The notes under the pieces are model-generated. The model was not told the DNA's origin, did not search any database, and saw only the letters and a program-made list of their open reading frames with translations. DNA of 64,000 nucleotides from an uncultured bacterium (GTDB taxonomy: Bacteria > Patescibacteriota > Dojkabacteria > J137), in NCBI GenBank assembly GCA_963700155.1, contig OY969472.1:517059-581058 (forward strand), written 5' to 3'. The position numbers and the translations under genes were made by a program. The number at the start of each line of letters is the position of its first letter. Within the stretch, counting starts at the first letter, position 1. Below, one piece after another: positions 29,032 through 38,662 of this stretch.

Positions 29032-29451
29032 ATGAATACTTTAATTATTGAGACTAAATGCTTTAAAGTATTCTTGAATATTGAAAGCCAATATTACATT
29101 GGTAGATCTGTTGTTGTTCTAAAAAGAGAATGCGGAGAACTTTCTTTGTTAGAAGAAGAAGAGTGGAAAGATTTTGGTAACGTTGTTAAAAAATTTGAAA
29201 ATGCTCTTAAGAAAGCTTTTAATGCAACTATGTTTAATTGGACATGTTTGATGAATGGTGGATATCAAAATAAACCTTATAGTCCACAAATACATTGGCA
29301 TGTTAGACCAAGATACGATTCAGTAGTAAAGTTCGAAGGACTTGAGTGGAAAGATGATGCTTTTGGTGAACATTACGTTAGGGGCAATGATTTATCTTTT
29401 TCTAATAAGATAAATTTAAAAATAATTCATCAAATCCAAAAGTGTTTATGA
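29032..29451 (+). CDS. HIT (histidine triad)-like nucleotide hydrolase/transferase
   Basis: QIHWHVRPRY resembles the HxHxHxx triad. 139 aa. Confidence 0.5.
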   Translation: MNTLIIETKCFKVFLNIESQYYIGRSVVVLKRECGELSLLEEEEWKDFGNVVKKFENALKKAFNATMFNWTCLMNGGYQNKPYSPQIHWHVRPRYDSVVKFEGLEWKDDAFGEHYVRGNDLSFSNKINLKIIHQIQKCL

Positions 29452-30215
29452 AAGTTTTAGACCAAGAAACAAAATTTGCACATTTAGGAAAGCCTGGGAC
29501 AGCTTTTACTCCTGGGTTTCAACGTAGATTGGACATGATAACTAAACTTGTTGATTTTAAAGATAAAAAAATTCTTGATCTAGGTTGTGGTGAAGGGGTG
29601 TGGCTTTCAAAGTTTGCAGAATTTACAAGTCCGGAAAATATTTATGGAAGTGAATATGATGGGGAGCAGGTTCAGTCTTTGAAAGCCACACCTTTAAAAA
29701 CTTCAAAAGGAGAAATCCCTTCAGAAAATATTGTTCAATGTCCAGGAGAAGATTTAGCATTTGAAGATAATTTTTTTGATATAGTTTTTCAAAATGAAGT
29801 TCTTGAACATGTGCAGGATGATGTTCAAACTTTAAAAGAATCATTAAGAGTTTTAAAACCAGAAGGAAAGTTAATAATTTTTACTCCAAATCGGGGCTGG
29901 CCTTTTGAACAGCACGGAATGTTTCTTAATGGAAAATATTATTGGGGTAACATTCCACTACTGCCTTGGATGCCAGCCCCGATTTATAAAAAGTTCGCAC
30001 CTCATGTCCGAAATTATTCTAATGGTGTGTTAAAACAAAAAATAAAAGAAGCTGGCGGAAAGATTGTTTATCATACTCATATATTCCCAGGGTTTGATGG
30101 AGCAGTTAGAAGGTTTGGGATTTTAGGGAAAATTCTTCAGAAATTTTTCTTTGTCCTTGAAAAAACACCTCTAAATTTCTTCGGAATTAGCCATCTCGTT
30201 ATTATCACCAAATGA
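29442..30215 (+). CDS. Class I SAM-dependent methyltransferase
   Basis: Motif I ILDLGCGEGVW, motif post-II, and LKPEGKLIIFTPN. Confidence 0.7.
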   Translation: MFMKVLDQETKFAHLGKPGTAFTPGFQRRLDMITKLVDFKDKKILDLGCGEGVWLSKFAEFTSPENIYGSEYDGEQVQSLKATPLKTSKGEIPSENIVQCPGEDLAFEDNFFDIVFQNEVLEHVQDDVQTLKESLRVLKPEGKLIIFTPNRGWPFEQHGMFLNGKYYWGNIPLLPWMPAPIYKKFAPHVRNYSNGVLKQKIKEAGGKIVYHTHIFPGFDGAVRRFGILGKILQKFFFVLEKTPLNFFGISHLVIITK

Positions 30216-30617
30216 GCTTTCCATCTGTTTTCTTATTTTATACAATTTCATTATATCTTCCTGTATAAGAGTGTCTGTCATTATTTCGCGCAAAGTTCTA
30301 TCTTTCAATATCTCAGCATTTGCTTTTATATAATCCTCTATCACAAAAATAAAATCATTATCATATTGGAAGGGCAAACTTTCTGATGGATTAGAAATTA
30401 ATTGTACAAGAATAAGAATTCTGCTTAAAAGATTTGGGTTATAACCGTGATCATAATCAACGATTTCATTAAGTGGCTGGTCAATATTTGCTAAAACAGC
30501 TCTTTTCTCTGAAAGGAAAGTATCTTTATCATCAATCTTAGGATTAATGTTTTTCATTGCAACATAGAATGCTCCTAGTAAATCAGGTGAGAAAGATAAA
30601 TCTAAAGTATTGGGCAT
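30171..30617 (-). CDS. Hypothetical protein (148 aa)
   Basis: ORF. Convergent 45-nt overlap with the methyltransferase 3' end. Confidence 0.35.
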   Translation of the reverse strand: MPNTLDLSFSPDLLGAFYVAMKNINPKIDDKDTFLSEKRAVLANIDQPLNEIVDYDHGYNPNLLSRILILVQLISNPSESLPFQYDNDFIFVIEDYIKANAEILKDRTLREIMTDTLIQEDIMKLYKIRKQMESSFGDNNEMANSEEI

Positions 30618-30635
30618 TGATAAAATAGGTAATAA

Positions 30636-31016
30636 TTAACTTTCTTTATAAATATATTTTACAGCTTCGACAATAACATCTTTTAAAAGCTTGTCACTAC
30701 AGCTTTCAAGATTATTTTCTATATAATCTAATATTCTTACAGGAAGATTTGAATAAGTACTAAATGTTCTTGGGAAATTAATTTGAATAAGTGTTTCAAG
30801 AGTTGGGTATAGTGTAGATAGTGAATCACTGCTTAAAAGTTCAGAAATCTTTTTTTCAAGATTCTGCATTCGAATATTTGCAATAAGCATCCACTGGACT
30901 CTTCCATCTCGATATCTAATTCGGTCTTTTAATTCATTATAAATTTCATACCAACTCCTGTCTTCTTTGATAATTTTTCCTAAATCTGTTTCAATTTTAA
31001 TTGGTTCTTTGCTCAT
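30636..31016 (-). CDS. Hypothetical protein (126 aa)
   Basis: ORF only. Confidence 0.4.
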   Translation of the reverse strand: MSKEPIKIETDLGKIIKEDRSWYEIYNELKDRIRYRDGRVQWMLIANIRMQNLEKKISELLSSDSLSTLYPTLETLIQINFPRTFSTYSNLPVRILDYIENNLESCSDKLLKDVIVEAVKYIYKES

Positions 31017-31222
31017 ATAATTTTTATTAGATAATTCGGATTATATTTAAAACAATACTTTTAGTCAAAATTTATATGATAATAATATGTTAATATTCTT
31101 TTTATGAATGAACTATCAGTTAACAAGAAGGATATGGCTGATGAAAAATTAAGAGAATATCATTAGATTTAAAGTAAAGTGGGAATTAAGTATAATAAAA
31201 AGTTACATATATTAAAGAACTG

Positions 31223-32569
31223 ATGAAGATAGCAATAATTTCACAATTTAAAGCAGCTGATGAAGGTGGTGGTGAATCAAGAATTACTTTTGAGTTAGCT
31301 AAAGAGTTAAAAATACTAAACCATGAGGTAGTTATTATTAGCCCAGGAGTAAAGACAGAAAGATATTTTAATAAAGCCTCTGGAATCGAATTTATTTCTT
31401 TACAAAGTGCAGGATCAGTTAAAAATCCACTCATCAATTTAACAAAAAATAATCTAGATATTTTTTATAAATATATAAAAGATTTTTCTCCAGACATCAT
31501 TCACTCACATACAAATGGTTTTTTAGGATTAATAGTTCAAATATGGGCAACTTTAAATAAAGTTCCATTTTTATATACTGCACACGAAACTCCCTCAAAA
31601 TTTAATGAATTTGTAAATGGAAATGCAACAGTCACAATTCTATCAAGATATACTATTAATTTTGTTGCAAGTAATTTTATCAACAACTGTAATGGAATAA
31701 TTGCTTTAACGAATTCTATTAAAAGAGATCTCATTAAGATGAAATATAAAGGAAATATCTTCGTTGTTCCAAACGGCAGGTCTTTTATTAAATATTTTAA
31801 GTCAAAAATAAATAATATTAAGTCTAAGAAAAAAGTATTGGTAAATATTGGAGCTATTTGTAGAAGGAAAAATCAGCTTTTCTTGGTAAAAACAATGGCT
31901 AGTTTATCAAATGACTATAATTTAAAACTTATTGGAGAGGTAGCAGAGAAAGATTATTTTCAAAAAATTAAAGACTATATAAAAAAACATAAATTGACTA
32001 ATATCGAAATTGTTGGAAAAGTTGACTACGAGCATATTAAAGATGTACTAGAGGGTTCTTTATTATATGTACATTCTTCTAGGTCAGAAGTGTTTTCTCT
32101 AGCAGTACTTGAAGCGTTAGCATCAGGGACTCCTGTTATGTTATTAGAAGAAGAAAATACTTTAGATTGGATACCAGAAATAGTCCATGTTTTACCATCC
32201 GATACAAAACCTAAGTTATTTGCAAAAGAAATTGAACATTTTTTGAATACAACACAAGAAAAATATACCAAAATTGCTAAGGAGAGTCGAAAAGAAGTAG
32301 AAATTTATACATTAGAAAGTATGGCAAAATTAACTGTAGATGCATATAGTTCGGTAATTGATTACTACAATCATAATGAGGAAAATCACGAAACAAGATT
32401 TTTAAAAAAGCTAAGAACCTTAATATTTGAAGATGAAAATAAAAAAGGAAAAAAGAAAGTATATAATTTAAATAAGAAGACAATCTTAATTGCTTCAACA
32501 ATGATATTACTTTCAGCTTCACTATTCAGTCTATCGAAGTTAAGCTCAAAATTTAAAAACAAGGATTAA
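31223..32569 (+). CDS. Glycosyltransferase family 4 (GT-B fold) with C-terminal membrane anchor
   Basis: N-terminal MKIAIIS…GGGE and C-terminal EX7E-like region (…SRSEVFSLAVLEALASGTPV…). Confidence 0.7.
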   Translation: MKIAIISQFKAADEGGGESRITFELAKELKILNHEVVIISPGVKTERYFNKASGIEFISLQSAGSVKNPLINLTKNNLDIFYKYIKDFSPDIIHSHTNGFLGLIVQIWATLNKVPFLYTAHETPSKFNEFVNGNATVTILSRYTINFVASNFINNCNGIIALTNSIKRDLIKMKYKGNIFVVPNGRSFIKYFKSKINNIKSKKKVLVNIGAICRRKNQLFLVKTMASLSNDYNLKLIGEVAEKDYFQKIKDYIKKHKLTNIEIVGKVDYEHIKDVLEGSLLYVHSSRSEVFSLAVLEALASGTPVMLLEEENTLDWIPEIVHVLPSDTKPKLFAKEIEHFLNTTQEKYTKIAKESRKEVEIYTLESMAKLTVDAYSSVIDYYNHNEENHETRFLKKLRTLIFEDENKKGKKKVYNLNKKTILIASTMILLSASLFSLSKLSSKFKNKD

Positions 32570-32572
32570 GTT

Positions 32573-33685
32573 ATGAAAAAAAAGATATTAATAATAATTG
32601 CTGATATAGGAAATGGTCATAAATCTGCAGCTGAAGCTTTAACTTCAGTGTTTAATAATAAATATAAAGACGACTTCGAAGTAAAAGCTATAGATATTTT
32701 TAAAGAATCAGAGATAGAGCCTTTTGATAGTGCAGATATATCGTATAAATTTCTTTCTCAGAACAGAGCATATGAAAGCATTAGTAATTTAACTTGGAAA
32801 TTTACTAATACAGGACTAGGATTTGATATATATAAAAGTTATTTCTTAGGCAGGATTTTCGCATCAGCAGAAAAAATAATTAAGAGCGAAAATCCTGACC
32901 TTGTAATTTCAGCATATCCATTAACTTGTTCAATAGTTCAAAGAATGAAACTCCTTGGTGCTAATTTTAAATATGCAGTAGTTATTACAGACTTGATGAC
33001 AATTCATAGGTCTTGGGCTGATCCAACCGCAAATTTAATTACTTGCCCAACTTCTGATGCTGTAAGCACTTTAATAAAATATGGAGTAAATATTAATAAA
33101 ATAATATATCCATTATTTCCGCTAAAACCTGAACTAGAAAATTATAGGGCTAAAGAGATTGTAGTTGACGAACTGAAGTTGAAAGCTAGTAAACCAATTA
33201 TATTAATAACAGGTGGAGCATTAGGAACAAAAGCTATAAAAAAGGCAATAGATAAGCTTGCTGAGAATAAAAACTTACAATTGATTGTTGTTGCCGGAAG
33301 ATTAGATAGCTTTAAAACTGAATTAGAAAATAAATATAAGGGTCAGAAAAATATAAAAATCTTAGGTTTTGTAAATAACATGTATGATTATTTGAATGCT
33401 TGTGATATCTTGATCGGAAAGCCAGGTGCAACAACAGTAATGGAAGTTCAGTTGTTTGATAAAAGGGCTATTTTTACTAGATATATTGGAGAACATGATT
33501 CTGGCAATGTTAAATACGCATTAAGAGATCCTAAGATTAGATATATTGAAGATGATTGGGATAAGATTCAGAAATATGTAGATGAGCTTTTGGATTTTAA
33601 TCCTAGAGAAACTGAATTCATCCCTAAAAGAAGTTATGATGAGAGCGAAAAGATTGTAGAGGAGATAGTAAAATTAATAAACTAA
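32573..33685 (+). CDS. GT28 MGDG-synthase/UgtP-like diacylglycerol glycosyltransferase (glycolipid synthase)
   Basis: N-terminal IIADIGNGHKSAAEAL is typical of the UgtP/MGDG synthase family. Its C-terminal domain is MurG-like. Confidence 0.6.
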   Translation: MKKKILIIIADIGNGHKSAAEALTSVFNNKYKDDFEVKAIDIFKESEIEPFDSADISYKFLSQNRAYESISNLTWKFTNTGLGFDIYKSYFLGRIFASAEKIIKSENPDLVISAYPLTCSIVQRMKLLGANFKYAVVITDLMTIHRSWADPTANLITCPTSDAVSTLIKYGVNINKIIYPLFPLKPELENYRAKEIVVDELKLKASKPIILITGGALGTKAIKKAIDKLAENKNLQLIVVAGRLDSFKTELENKYKGQKNIKILGFVNNMYDYLNACDILIGKPGATTVMEVQLFDKRAIFTRYIGEHDSGNVKYALRDPKIRYIEDDWDKIQKYVDELLDFNPRETEFIPKRSYDESEKIVEEIVKLIN

Positions 33686-33720
33686 GATGGTATAGTGATT
33701 ATCTATATAATTTCGGATAT

Positions 33721-34428
33721 TTAATGGTTGCCGTAGCTAAAACGAAATTGAATGTTTGTTTTACCCCAAGACCCATGTGCTATTTCAGGCACATAGAATT
33801 TAAAAAACTCTTTCATTCTTGGATTTAATATTTGTTTAGTTTCTGTTTCAGTCGGAGAAGTATTAATAGTTACAAAATCTTGACCTACGATATAAATTAG
33901 AGAATATCCCTGTATAGGTTTCTCAAGCGCTTCGCCTAGGAGGAAAATTCTTTCTGGATCAGTGATTCTAATAAATAATTTGGCTTGAGAGTAATCATCT
34001 ATTGTTAGAAAGAAATCATCACTTCTTAGCTCAACTCCTTTAAAAAATTTCCTACTTAATTCATTAAGTATAAATTCAGGGGTTTCAATACCTTCTTCTA
34101 AGAGTGTTCCCAATATTGTTTGAAAATATGTTTCAGTTTGAGAGTAAATGTTAACAAAATTAATATTATTTCTAGAAGTCATTCTTACAAATCCAGGCAT
34201 AGAAAGAAAATAGTGTAAAGTTATTATATTCCCAGATTGATCCTCTCCTCTTATTTCTAATGCTGTTAAAGGAAATGTATTGTGTTCAATTGGAACTTTT
34301 ACTAAATTTGGCTCTTCAATATATCCATTCTCTTTCCCGAAAAACTCACGTCCTATATGATCGAGCATCTTGTCTAAAGAATGCTTTGAAAATTCAAATA
34401 AATTTGATCCATCTGGAGTACTATTCAT
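33721..34428 (-). CDS. Hypothetical protein (235 aa)
   Basis: ORF only. Confidence 0.4.
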   Translation of the reverse strand: MNSTPDGSNLFEFSKHSLDKMLDHIGREFFGKENGYIEEPNLVKVPIEHNTFPLTALEIRGEDQSGNIITLHYFLSMPGFVRMTSRNNINFVNIYSQTETYFQTILGTLLEEGIETPEFILNELSRKFFKGVELRSDDFFLTIDDYSQAKLFIRITDPERIFLLGEALEKPIQGYSLIYIVGQDFVTINTSPTETETKQILNPRMKEFFKFYVPEIAHGSWGKTNIQFRFSYGNH

Positions 34429-34485
34429 AGTTTTTAAGGCTAATTATTATATTTGACGATAACATTGAGCCCTGAAACTTGCAAT

Positions 34486-34887
34486 CTATGCCTCTGGAGA
34501 ATCATTTGGCACACTAAAAGCACATGCAATAGTCCCGATTTCTCCTTCTTGGGGTTCATGAATAAGATATTGGCCATCTTGAGGTTCAACTAAAAGATAT
34601 TCCGCATCAGAATCAAGTATGCCGTCATTCTGTACCCAGATTTGTTGACCTGACGGTTTGAATGCTCCATATTCAATAGCTATGGCAAGTTGAACTAACG
34701 AGGGAATTGTTCCATGTATGCCATTTTTAACTCGATTTGAGCAGAATTGGATAGCTTCATCAATCGTTGCTTTTGCTGGTTCTTCTTGGTCGAGTGTTGG
34801 AGTTGGTTGTGGAGCTTTATCTCCTATACATCCTGATAGAATAGTCAAAGTTAATATTGTAGATGTCATTAATTTCATTATTTCCAT
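34486..34887 (-). CDS. Putative lipoprotein
   Basis: Signal peptide with lipobox LSGC. Confidence 0.45.
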   Translation of the reverse strand: MEIMKLMTSTILTLTILSGCIGDKAPQPTPTLDQEEPAKATIDEAIQFCSNRVKNGIHGTIPSLVQLAIAIEYGAFKPSGQQIWVQNDGILDSDAEYLLVEPQDGQYLIHEPQEGEIGTIACAFSVPNDSPEA

Positions 34888-34991
34888 ACTTTATTTATAA
34901 CATAAAAAAGTCAGAATTCTAATTATCACTTTCTAAACCACCCTGCTAAGTGGTAAAATACCAGAGTATTTTTATAAATAGATTTAGATTA

Positions 34992-36116
34992 ATGGCTGAA
35001 AAAAGAGATTACTATGAAGTCTTAGGAGTTACAAAAAGCTCTTCTAAAGATGAAATTAAAAAAGCATACCGAAAACTTGCAAAAGAATATCACCCTGACA
35101 GGAATAAAGCTGCAGATGCGGAAGCAAAGTTTAAAGAAGTTCAGGAAGCTTATGATATTCTTTCCGACCAGCAAAAAAGATCAGCTTATGATCAATATGG
35201 ATTTGCAGGGACTCAAGCTTTTGGAGGCGGAACTCCTGGAGGTTTCGGAAATTTTGGTAACATGCAAGGTTTTTCTTCAGGTGATTTGAATGGTTTCGAG
35301 GATATTTTAGGAAATTTATTTGGTAGTAGCTTTGGTGGATTTGACTTTGGAGGCCTTGGCGGCAGGAGTTCCGCAAGAACTAGAACAGAAAACAATCGAG
35401 GCTCAGATTTAGAATTTGTTCTCCAGATTGATTTTATGGATGCTATATTTGGAGCAGAGAAGACTTTTACTTATGATAGATTTGTAAAATGTGATGTCTG
35501 CAATGGTACAGGTTCTAAAGATGGAAAGAAAAAGACATGTCCTACATGTAATGGAAGAGGTCAGGTAACTCAAGTTCAAAACACTTTCTTCGGAAGAATG
35601 CAGGTGGTAACAACATGTCCTACATGTCATGGGCAAGGTGAAATCATTTCAGAAAAATGTCCGAAATGTAAAGGATCTGGAATAATTCAAACTAAAGAAA
35701 CATTTAAGATGAAAGTTCCGGCTGGAATCCCAGATGGAGTAACATTAAGATTTAAAGAAAAAGGAAATGCCGGAGAACGTGGCGGGAATTATGGAGATTT
35801 GTTTGTAACTATTGAGGTAAGGTCTCATGCAAAACTTGAAAGACGTGGTGACGATATTTATATAGATCAAGAAATTGATGTTGTAACCGCGGTCTTAGGT
35901 AGTGAAATTAAGGTCCCTACAGTCCATGGTGATGTTTTGATGAAGGTTCCAGCCGGAACTCAATCTGAAAAAGTTTTAAGACTTAAAGGTAAAGGTGGAC
36001 CAAAATTCAGAGGTTCTGGAAATGGGGATCAATATGTAAAATTAATAATCAATATTCCAACAAAACTTTCTAAAGAAGAAAAAGATCTCTGGGAAAAATT
36101 AAAAAATTCTAAATAG
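34992..36116 (+). CDS. dnaJ: Molecular chaperone DnaJ (type I, with Zn-finger CxxCxGxG repeats)
   Basis: J domain (YYEVLGV…HPD), G/F-rich linker and four CxxCxGxG repeats. Start taken at [13 protein letters not shown]. No dnaK or grpE nearby. Confidence 0.9.
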   Translation: MAEKRDYYEVLGVTKSSSKDEIKKAYRKLAKEYHPDRNKAADAEAKFKEVQEAYDILSDQQKRSAYDQYGFAGTQAFGGGTPGGFGNFGNMQGFSSGDLNGFEDILGNLFGSSFGGFDFGGLGGRSSARTRTENNRGSDLEFVLQIDFMDAIFGAEKTFTYDRFVKCDVCNGTGSKDGKKKTCPTCNGRGQVTQVQNTFFGRMQVVTTCPTCHGQGEIISEKCPKCKGSGIIQTKETFKMKVPAGIPDGVTLRFKEKGNAGERGGNYGDLFVTIEVRSHAKLERRGDDIYIDQEIDVVTAVLGSEIKVPTVHGDVLMKVPAGTQSEKVLRLKGKGGPKFRGSGNGDQYVKLIINIPTKLSKEEKDLWEKLKNSK

Positions 36117-36239
36117 TCAAATATTAATAACTACTGTGTGATAAGGTATTTGTTGTCAAGCTCTTCTAAGATTTGACAAATCAAAAATTTTGCTCTTATA
36201 ATGAAATCGAAAGCCCCTTTTAAATGCACTTAAAAGTTT

Positions 36240-37046
36240 GTGCTAATAAAAATTAAGACAATCTTTATGATAGACATTGCAGAAATTAATGGATTACCTC
36301 TAAGGTTCGATCTCGAAAATGAGAGATTTGTTCCTAATGAAGACATAGTTTATGACAATGAATCTTATATCCAACTTTCAGACCTCGAACCGATACTTTT
36401 AAATAAATATTTAAGATACCCAGAAAAAGTTTATTGGTATTATAAAAATATTCATGATACTAATGTTCCCCAAGAAAACGATGTTTCTTATGACATTATA
36501 TATTTACCATTCGGACTTTTAGGAATTGAATTTATAAAAACTCATATTTTTTCAAGTAGCTACTGTGAAAATAAATGTGATGCTGTAATTGAGGTTTTGT
36601 ATGGTAATCTAACAGTTGTAATTCAAAAAAATAAAGAAAAAGAAGATCCCTATGAATTTGAAACTTATGTAGAAGCTATAAATATTATAACTTTACGAAA
36701 AGGCGAGAAACTAGTTATTCCTACTGGTGTTTATTATACATTTGTTAATACAGGAGTTGTTCCTGTAATATTTTCTAAAATTGGATCTAAAACCCATATA
36801 CAAACCGATTATTCTATAATGAAAAGAGAGAGAGGTTTAGCATATTTCCTGATTTCTAAGAATGCTAAAATTGAGATTGTAGCAAATCCAAGGTATAAGA
36901 TAGATTGTAAATTAAAATGTGCGTCCCTGAGGAGATTGATGAGTGAAGAAGATTCACCTTATATCATGAAAGAGACACATTCTTCTAGAAACTCGCTATA
37001 TAAACTTTTTGCAGAAAATATACTCTCAGAAGTACTTGCGGTATAA
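36240..37046 (+). CDS. Cupin-domain protein
   Basis: β-barrel-like motif …ITLRKGEKLVIPTGVYYTFVNTG…. Confidence 0.4.
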   Translation: MLIKIKTIFMIDIAEINGLPLRFDLENERFVPNEDIVYDNESYIQLSDLEPILLNKYLRYPEKVYWYYKNIHDTNVPQENDVSYDIIYLPFGLLGIEFIKTHIFSSSYCENKCDAVIEVLYGNLTVVIQKNKEKEDPYEFETYVEAINIITLRKGEKLVIPTGVYYTFVNTGVVPVIFSKIGSKTHIQTDYSIMKRERGLAYFLISKNAKIEIVANPRYKIDCKLKCASLRRLMSEEDSPYIMKETHSSRNSLYKLFAENILSEVLAV

Positions 37047-37114
37047 ATACATTTGTAAATCCCTGTTTTATAAATTAATATTATCTATTATAATTCGCTG
37101 GATTTCTTTTTTAT

Positions 37115-37837
37115 ATGAAAATTGAATTTAGAGTAAAACTAAGTCTTTTTACATTACTTTTGGGAGTAAACTTAATAGTATTTTTATTGGCACTTGTAGC
37201 TCAAAGTACGGTTGGTTTTGATGGAAATCTTTTTTATATCTTCGGAGGACTGGATGCTACAAAAGTCTATTCTGGGAGTCTTTGGCTTTTAATAACCTCA
37301 GCATTTTTCCATATTGAGATCCTTCATTTTGGATTTAATTTTTATGTATTATATAAAGTTGGTCAGGTTGTGGAGAATTTATATGATAATAAAGTATTAT
37401 TTCTGACATATATTTTAGGGGCATTAGGAGGTTCTATCCTTTCTTATGCTACATCATATTTCTGGGGGCAAAATTTATATTCATTAGGTGCTTCTGGTGC
37501 AATTTTTGCACTAATAGGTCTTTTGGTTGGAGGTTCATTAAAAAGGAACAGGTACAGTATTGATTTACCAATTTCAACTAGAGATCTTCTGCCCATAATA
37601 ATAATTGCTTTGGGAGTAGGTCTAATTCCAGGGTCAAATATAAACAACTGGGCTCATATTGGAGGCCTTCTAACAGGTATTGTTTTAGGATTATTAATAA
37701 AACATTCTTTGGGAGGATACAGATTTAAAACTGAAGAGTTAGTAAGAAACATACTTTACTATATTTCGTTAATTATATTTATTGGCTCATATATTGCTTT
37801 GTTATACAATGCATTTAATATAATCTTTATACAATGA
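37115..37837 (+). CDS. Rhomboid-family intramembrane serine protease
   Basis: GASGAIFALIG (catalytic Ser in GxSG), …AHIGGLLTG (catalytic His), and 6-7 TM segments. Confidence 0.75.
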   Translation: MKIEFRVKLSLFTLLLGVNLIVFLLALVAQSTVGFDGNLFYIFGGLDATKVYSGSLWLLITSAFFHIEILHFGFNFYVLYKVGQVVENLYDNKVLFLTYILGALGGSILSYATSYFWGQNLYSLGASGAIFALIGLLVGGSLKRNRYSIDLPISTRDLLPIIIIALGVGLIPGSNINNWAHIGGLLTGIVLGLLIKHSLGGYRFKTEELVRNILYYISLIIFIGSYIALLYNAFNIIFIQ

Positions 37838-37995
37838 AAGGTTTAATAATTTTTGTAGCTTTATTTTTTCTTTGTTTTTTATGTCTTTGTTGTTGTTTAA
37901 TTTCTATTTTTATTCCAGGGAATGGTACTAGTTTGCCAATAAATACTCAACCAGTTGATACAATTCAATATCAAGGAGAGAGTTTAACAACATAA
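37834..37995 (+). CDS. Small Cys-rich single-TM peptide (53 aa) overlapping the rhomboid stop (ATGA)
   Basis: MKGLIIFVALFFLCFLCLCCCLISIF…. Translationally coupled to the rhomboid gene. Absent from the ORF track because it is shorter than 60 aa. Confidence 0.3.
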   Translation: MKGLIIFVALFFLCFLCLCCCLISIFIPGNGTSLPINTQPVDTIQYQGESLTT

Positions 37996-38015
37996 TAAAT
38001 TTTATTATTAATCTT

Positions 38016-38660
38016 ATGATTTTATTATTCATTGGACCATCAGGAAGCGGAAAAGACACTCAAGCAGAATTTCTTGTAAAAGAGAATGCTTTTGAAAGAA
38101 TCTCAACTGGAGATTTAATTCGAGATATTTCAGAAGGAGACCATCCTGCACAAAAAGTTATCAGGCAATCAATGAACGAAGGCTTTTTAGCAGATAATTT
38201 TGTCTTTGGCTTACTTCAAGTTTACTTATCTCATAATGAAAAAGAAAATATTATTCTTTCTGGAGCTGTAAGAAGGGAATCTCAGGTAGAACTTTTAGAT
38301 AGTACTTTATTAAATGTAAAAAGGTCTCTAGATAAAGTAGTTTATTTTGAACTTTCAGATGAAGAAGCTATAAAAAGAATGTCAGGTAGACTTTATTGTC
38401 CAAAAGACGGCTCGAATTATCATTTAATCTTCAATCCGCCAAAACAAGTTGATACTTGCGATATTTGTGGAGGACCTTTAAAGCGAAGAGAAGATGATAA
38501 TCCAGATGCAATTAAAGCTAGACTGTATGATTTTCATAAAGATAACGATAAAATAATAGAGATGTATGAAAAAAGAGGAATATTATTAAAAATAGATGCT
38601 TCAAAAAGTATCGAAGAAGTACATCATGAAGTTGTAACTAGCTTAAATCTTAAAAAGTAA
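38016..38660 (+). CDS. adk: Adenylate kinase (long lid with Zn-binding Cys4)
   Basis: P-loop GPSGSGKDTQ. Lid domain CPKDGSNYH…CDICGG. 214 aa. Confidence 0.9.
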   Translation: MILLFIGPSGSGKDTQAEFLVKENAFERISTGDLIRDISEGDHPAQKVIRQSMNEGFLADNFVFGLLQVYLSHNEKENIILSGAVRRESQVELLDSTLLNVKRSLDKVVYFELSDEEAIKRMSGRLYCPKDGSNYHLIFNPPKQVDTCDICGGPLKRREDDNPDAIKARLYDFHKDNDKIIEMYEKRGILLKIDASKSIEEVHHEVVTSLNLKK

Positions 38661-38662
38661 AA

